Part shown: one piece after another, positions 7,867 to 10,819 of the stretch | Layout: the number at the start of each line of letters is the position of its first letter | Numbering within the stretch: the stretch's first letter is position 1 | Source: Bdellovibrionota bacterium FG-2 | Lineage (GTDB): Bacteria; Bdellovibrionota; UBA1018 | Direction: 5' to 3' | NCBI GenBank assembly: GCA_051382305.1 | Contig: JBBCAV010000161.1 | Location: 1 to 10,819, forward strand | DNA: 10,819 nt | Translations under genes and position numbers: made by a program | Notes under the pieces: generated by a model | What the model was told of the DNA's origin: nothing | The model's input: only the letters and a program-made list of their open reading frames with translations | Databases searched by the model: none

Positions 7867-8729
7867 TTTGCCGTCGCATTTTCGGGTGTCAGAAGTTTTT
7901 CGATCACAACCGAAGCGCAGGTAAATCCAAAAGTTCCGGTCACAAAACTCGCATTCCCCATGATCAGGTTTTTTTGGTCGCACGTGTTGTAGGGATTGTC
8001 CTTCGTGGTGCAAAGACATCGAAAACCTTCTGGCCCATCGTAACTAGGCGGGAAGGGGTCACGGGGGGCTTCGTTGGAGACGACGGCATGGATTCCGAAG
8101 GCGCCTTTATCGGGAAACCCGTACTGCTGCCTTAAAATACGGCGCACGGATCTCGCCAAGGGATCATGCTCGGTTTTGGCAAGATCGATCACACGAATTT
8201 GGGTGGGATCTGTTCTTCCTCCTGAGCCCGTGGAGCAAACAAGAGGAATATTTTGGCTCCGGCAAGTATGAATCAGATGACATTTGGCGGTAATGTTATC
8301 GATGGCATCGATTAGAAAATCGGGCTTTGGGGTTAAGAGTTTTTCGGAGGTCGCGGCGTTATAGAATTCGACATAAGGGCGAATGTCACAACTGGGGTTA
8401 ATGCTCTTGAATCGTTCTGCGAGCACTTGAGCCTTCTTTTCGCCCGTGAGGCCGCTTAAGGCTTGAAGTTGGCGATTGGTGTTGGTGATGCAAACCTCGT
8501 CAAAATCCACGATTGAAACCGTGCCCACGCCTGAGCGCACGATGGCTTCAGCCGCCCATGACCCCACTCCGCCTAACCCAATGATCATCACGTGCGAGCC
8601 GCGCAGGCGTACCATGGCTTCTTCGCCTATTAGGCGAGTCATGCGATCAAAACGCCGGTGGAGGCGATAGGGGTCTTCTTTTGGGGTTTCTTTGGGGGGT
8701 TCCTTGGGGGGTTCCTTGGGCGTTTCCAT
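7863..8729 (-). CDS. tcdA: tRNA threonylcarbamoyladenosine dehydratase (ThiF/E1-like, TcdA/CsdL)
   Basis: Motifs IGLGGVGSWAAEA..RSGVG, VDFDEVCITNTNRQL, IDAID, GSGGRTDPTQI, DPLA..VR..LR and G.ASFVTGTFGF. Confidence 0.92.
   Translation of the reverse strand: METPKEPPKEPPKETPKEDPYRLHRRFDRMTRLIGEEAMVRLRGSHVMIIGLGGVGSWAAEAIVRSGVGTVSIVDFDEVCITNTNRQLQALSGLTGEKKAQVLAERFKSINPSCDIRPYVEFYNAATSEKLLTPKPDFLIDAIDNITAKCHLIHTCRSQNIPLVCSTGSGGRTDPTQIRVIDLAKTEHDPLARSVRRILRQQYGFPDKGAFGIHAVVSNEAPRDPFPPSYDGPEGFRCLCTTKDNPYNTCDQKNLIMGNASFVTGTFGFTCASVVIEKLLTPENATAK
8670..8726 (-). repeat. Imperfect 12-bp tandem repeat (4 units plus a partial) encoding ETPK-EPPK-EPPK-ETPK-EDP
   Basis: GAAACGCCCAAG GAACCCCCCAAG GAACCCCCCAAA GAAACCCCAAAA GAAGACCCC directly after the tcdA ATG. 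Confidence 0.9.
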
Positions 8730-8758
8730 CTTGTGGGTTTGTTTTAGGGGTTTTGGCG

Positions 8759-9589
8759 CTATTTTGAAAGTCCAAAAATTCGCCGAGCATTATCGGCGCT
8801 TGCTTCGAGAAGGGTGGCGGCCGAAACCCCACGGATTTGAGCGAGTTCTTCGGCAATTCTGAGGATTGATACAGGGGCGTGAGCTTCGCTTGGCTGGAGC
8901 CCTTCGGGCGCTTGGTCAGGAGTGTCTGATTCAATGAGCAGGTGCTCTAGGGGGAGACGTCGGGCTACTTCGCTGAGTTTAGCATAGACCTTGGGGCGGG
9001 AAGTTTGCCACGTGACTGCTCCACCCAGAGAAATCGAAAGCCCTCTTTCGAGATAACCCTTTGCCTCATGCCATGATCCTGAAAAGCCATGGACAATGCC
9101 CCGAGCTTCGGAGCCACCATAAGTTTGATCGATGGCTTCCTGAATTTGGGGGTGAGCTTTTACCACGTGGAGGACCAAGGGCTTTTGGAGATCGAAAGCG
9201 AGTCTGAGCTGCGCTTCAAAATACTTCTGCTGTCTTTTGCGGACTTCAGCTGAAAAGCGAGGTGTGAAATCCAATCCCAGCTCGCCCAGGGCCGAAGCCT
9301 CTCTCAGCCTCTGCGTGAGCTGCTGAAAAGCGGATTCGATTACGGTTTCATCGGTTGCCTGAGAAATCCACCACGGGTGCAATCCAAACACCGGCACGAT
9401 GGCGTTAGGAAATTTCGCTAGGAGTGTGAGTTGACGGCTCCACTCTTCGGGATTGATGCCGCCCATGATGAGGCGAGTGATGCCTTGAAGTTTTGCATCG
9501 GCAATGATTTTTTTGGCTTGGAGAGGCGCAATTCGCGGATCAGAAAGGTGGCAGTGGGAGTCGATGAGGTTTGTCACAGGGTGGTTCAT
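8759..9589 (-). CDS. tatD: TatD-family metal-dependent hydrolase/DNase (YjjV-like)
   Basis: Motifs IDSHCHL, GLHPW, GELGLDF, PLVLH, GIVHGFSG and LLIESDTP. ATGA overlap with the upstream lipoprotein gene. Confidence 0.95.
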   Translation of the reverse strand: MNHPVTNLIDSHCHLSDPRIAPLQAKKIIADAKLQGITRLIMGGINPEEWSRQLTLLAKFPNAIVPVFGLHPWWISQATDETVIESAFQQLTQRLREASALGELGLDFTPRFSAEVRKRQQKYFEAQLRLAFDLQKPLVLHVVKAHPQIQEAIDQTYGGSEARGIVHGFSGSWHEAKGYLERGLSISLGGAVTWQTSRPKVYAKLSEVARRLPLEHLLIESDTPDQAPEGLQPSEAHAPVSILRIAEELAQIRGVSAATLLEASADNARRIFGLSK

Positions 9590-10611
9590 GGGGCTAGTGT
9601 TTTTGTGTAGGCAATGTCCCTATTTGTAAGAGCAGGGGCCGAATCGCGGTTGTCGGGCACGGTTTTCATTGAACCAAAATAGAGTGTGGTGGAGTTCGTA
9701 AGTTCGAAGTAGTTGTAGCTTGCGGCAGCAGAAAAGGCGCCGCCTGCGGGAATTGTGAAGTCAATTTTTCGGGCGGCGTCTCCCCAATTATAGGTTGTTC
9801 CGATACTCAGATTGCCCGAACCCGTTCCGGTGGCCGGAACGCCGGGTGTGGTGCAAGTGGATTCCGTGAATCTATTATAAGAATAAGTAAAATGGCCGTC
9901 CGCCTCGATGACGTAACTGTCAGTGTAGTAGGCATTTTCGTTTCCGAAAAGGCAGTTGGAGGTGCTCCAATTTCCTACGAGGTTTGCAAGGGTGAGGGGG
10001 CTGACGCTGCCGCCAGATTTGTAAAGTGCCGTTTGGACCGAAGTCGGCCGAGTGGCGGCGCTACTAGCTGGATTTTCGTTTATGTAGAGTACATCGTCCA
10101 TGAGTTCAAAAATGTTGTAAGGGTAGAAGCTCGCGACGAAGTCAATGTTCCTGGGGCCTGAACTCACTGCTGCTCCCAGTGTGAGAGTGCCGGATCCTGT
10201 GCGGTTTTGAGTAAGGGCGGTGCAAGCGGAGTCTGAGTATTTGCGGTTGCCTCCTGAGAAGCCGGAGCTTGAGTCAAAAGTGTATTCGGTAATTTGATAG
10301 GTGTTTCCGGACCCAGTGCATCTGCTGGTCCAGGTTCCTATGAGCTCTGAAGGGAGGGGGCTTGCGGTAGTTGCCGAATCCGACGGAGATTCGCTGGGAG
10401 AAGAAGAAACTGAAGCGCTGGGCGAAGGTGATGCCGAATCCCCTGCGGTTGCTGCACTCGTATCTGCAGCGCCTCCGCGTGAAATTCCGAGGCTGACAAG
10501 CAAATCTTTGGACGTGTTTTTTCCGCAGCCTGATGCCCACGTAAAAACGGTAATCGCTGAAACGAAGAGCACCATGCTTTTTTGCGAAAATGCTTTCCTG
10601 AATCGAGCCAC
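9586..10611 (-). CDS. Lipoprotein with Ser/Pro-rich linker and two tandem disulfide-type beta domains (APCDD1-like by motif)
   Basis: AAAGGGGG SD 7 nt before GTG. Lipobox ASG-C29. S/P/A/T linker at about aa 47-88. Internal repeat LIGTWTSRC..YSDSACT..GSGTLTLG..RNIDF..YNIFEL..LY versus LVGNWSTSNC..FTESTCT..GSGNLSIG..RKIDF..YNYFEL..LY. Confidence 0.85.
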   Translation of the reverse strand: MARFRKAFSQKSMVLFVSAITVFTWASGCGKNTSKDLLVSLGISRGGAADTSAATAGDSASPSPSASVSSSPSESPSDSATTASPLPSELIGTWTSRCTGSGNTYQITEYTFDSSSGFSGGNRKYSDSACTALTQNRTGSGTLTLGAAVSSGPRNIDFVASFYPYNIFELMDDVLYINENPASSAATRPTSVQTALYKSGGSVSPLTLANLVGNWSTSNCLFGNENAYYTDSYVIEADGHFTYSYNRFTESTCTTPGVPATGTGSGNLSIGTTYNWGDAARKIDFTIPAGGAFSAAASYNYFELTNSTTLYFGSMKTVPDNRDSAPALTNRDIAYTKTLAP

Positions 10612-10781
10612 GCAAAGACCCCCTTTACACTCTTCTATTGTACTGCGTTGTCTGCGGTAAATGGTTAAGACGACAAAGGGGGACCTTAGCTCCGAATTGC
10701 CTCAAAATATCTGTTACTTAGATGCGGTGCGCAGTTTTGGTTGAATTACCTGGTAGCGTCACTATCCCGCACTCTGTCAGA

Positions 10782-10808
10782 ATATCGGTTACCACAACTT
10801 AGATTTTG
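10782..10808 (-). promoter_or_regulatory. Possible sigma28 (FliA)-type promoter CAAA-N15-ACCGATAT
   Basis: 3/4 and 6/8 matches to TAAA-N15-GCCGATAA with exact spacing, oriented toward the lipoprotein operon. Confidence 0.4.
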
Positions 10809-10819
10809 GAACGGATTGC

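Noticed and set aside
7867..8019. Upstream part of ORF 7780..8019 (contains CEFC)
   Set aside because: Alternate frame within tcdA. Only the part from ATG 7866 is credible, as the start of the interrupted gene.
8670..8726. Repeat considered as a CRISPR array
   Set aside because: Units are 12 bp, contiguous, lack spacers and are in frame in a CDS.
5282..9589. Possible defence system (Qat-like TatD with queuosine genes, or ThiF/E1 with MBL as CBASS/Bil-like)
   Set aside because: No QueC-like, ATPase, E2, JAB, ubiquitin-like or cyclase genes are present. QueA, TcdA, TatD and the MBL protein all look like housekeeping orthologues and lie in opposing operons.
10612..10819. tRNA, known riboswitch or CDS in the terminal region
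   Set aside because: No cloverleaf or recognisable aptamer consensus. Minus-strand frames close within a few codons, so an upstream gene end cannot be identified.

Overview
Compact bacterial chromosomal region of roughly 50% GC, with no mobile element, CRISPR array or RNA gene visible. The gene style (REC proteins with degenerate PilZ-like tails, small beta-barrels, SpoIID next to queA) suggests Bdellovibrionota/Oligoflexia, which is an inference. In order: a 5'-truncated SPFH/slipin gene (+); a degenerate family-4 uracil-DNA-glycosylase-like gene (-); a small outer-membrane beta-barrel (+); a kinase-less signalling cluster (-) of a CxxC-CxxC small protein, an Hpt protein and two response regulators; SpoIID/LytB, queA and an MBL-fold hydrolase (+); and a (-) operon of a tandem-repeat lipoprotein (APCDD1-like by motif), TatD, TcdA and a putative envelope protein gene split by one in-frame TAA. 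The most notable observations are the in-frame stop, the APCDD1-like lipoprotein, the catalytically eroded UDG and the orphan phosphorelay module. I found no clearly new multi-gene system that the sequence alone can establish.
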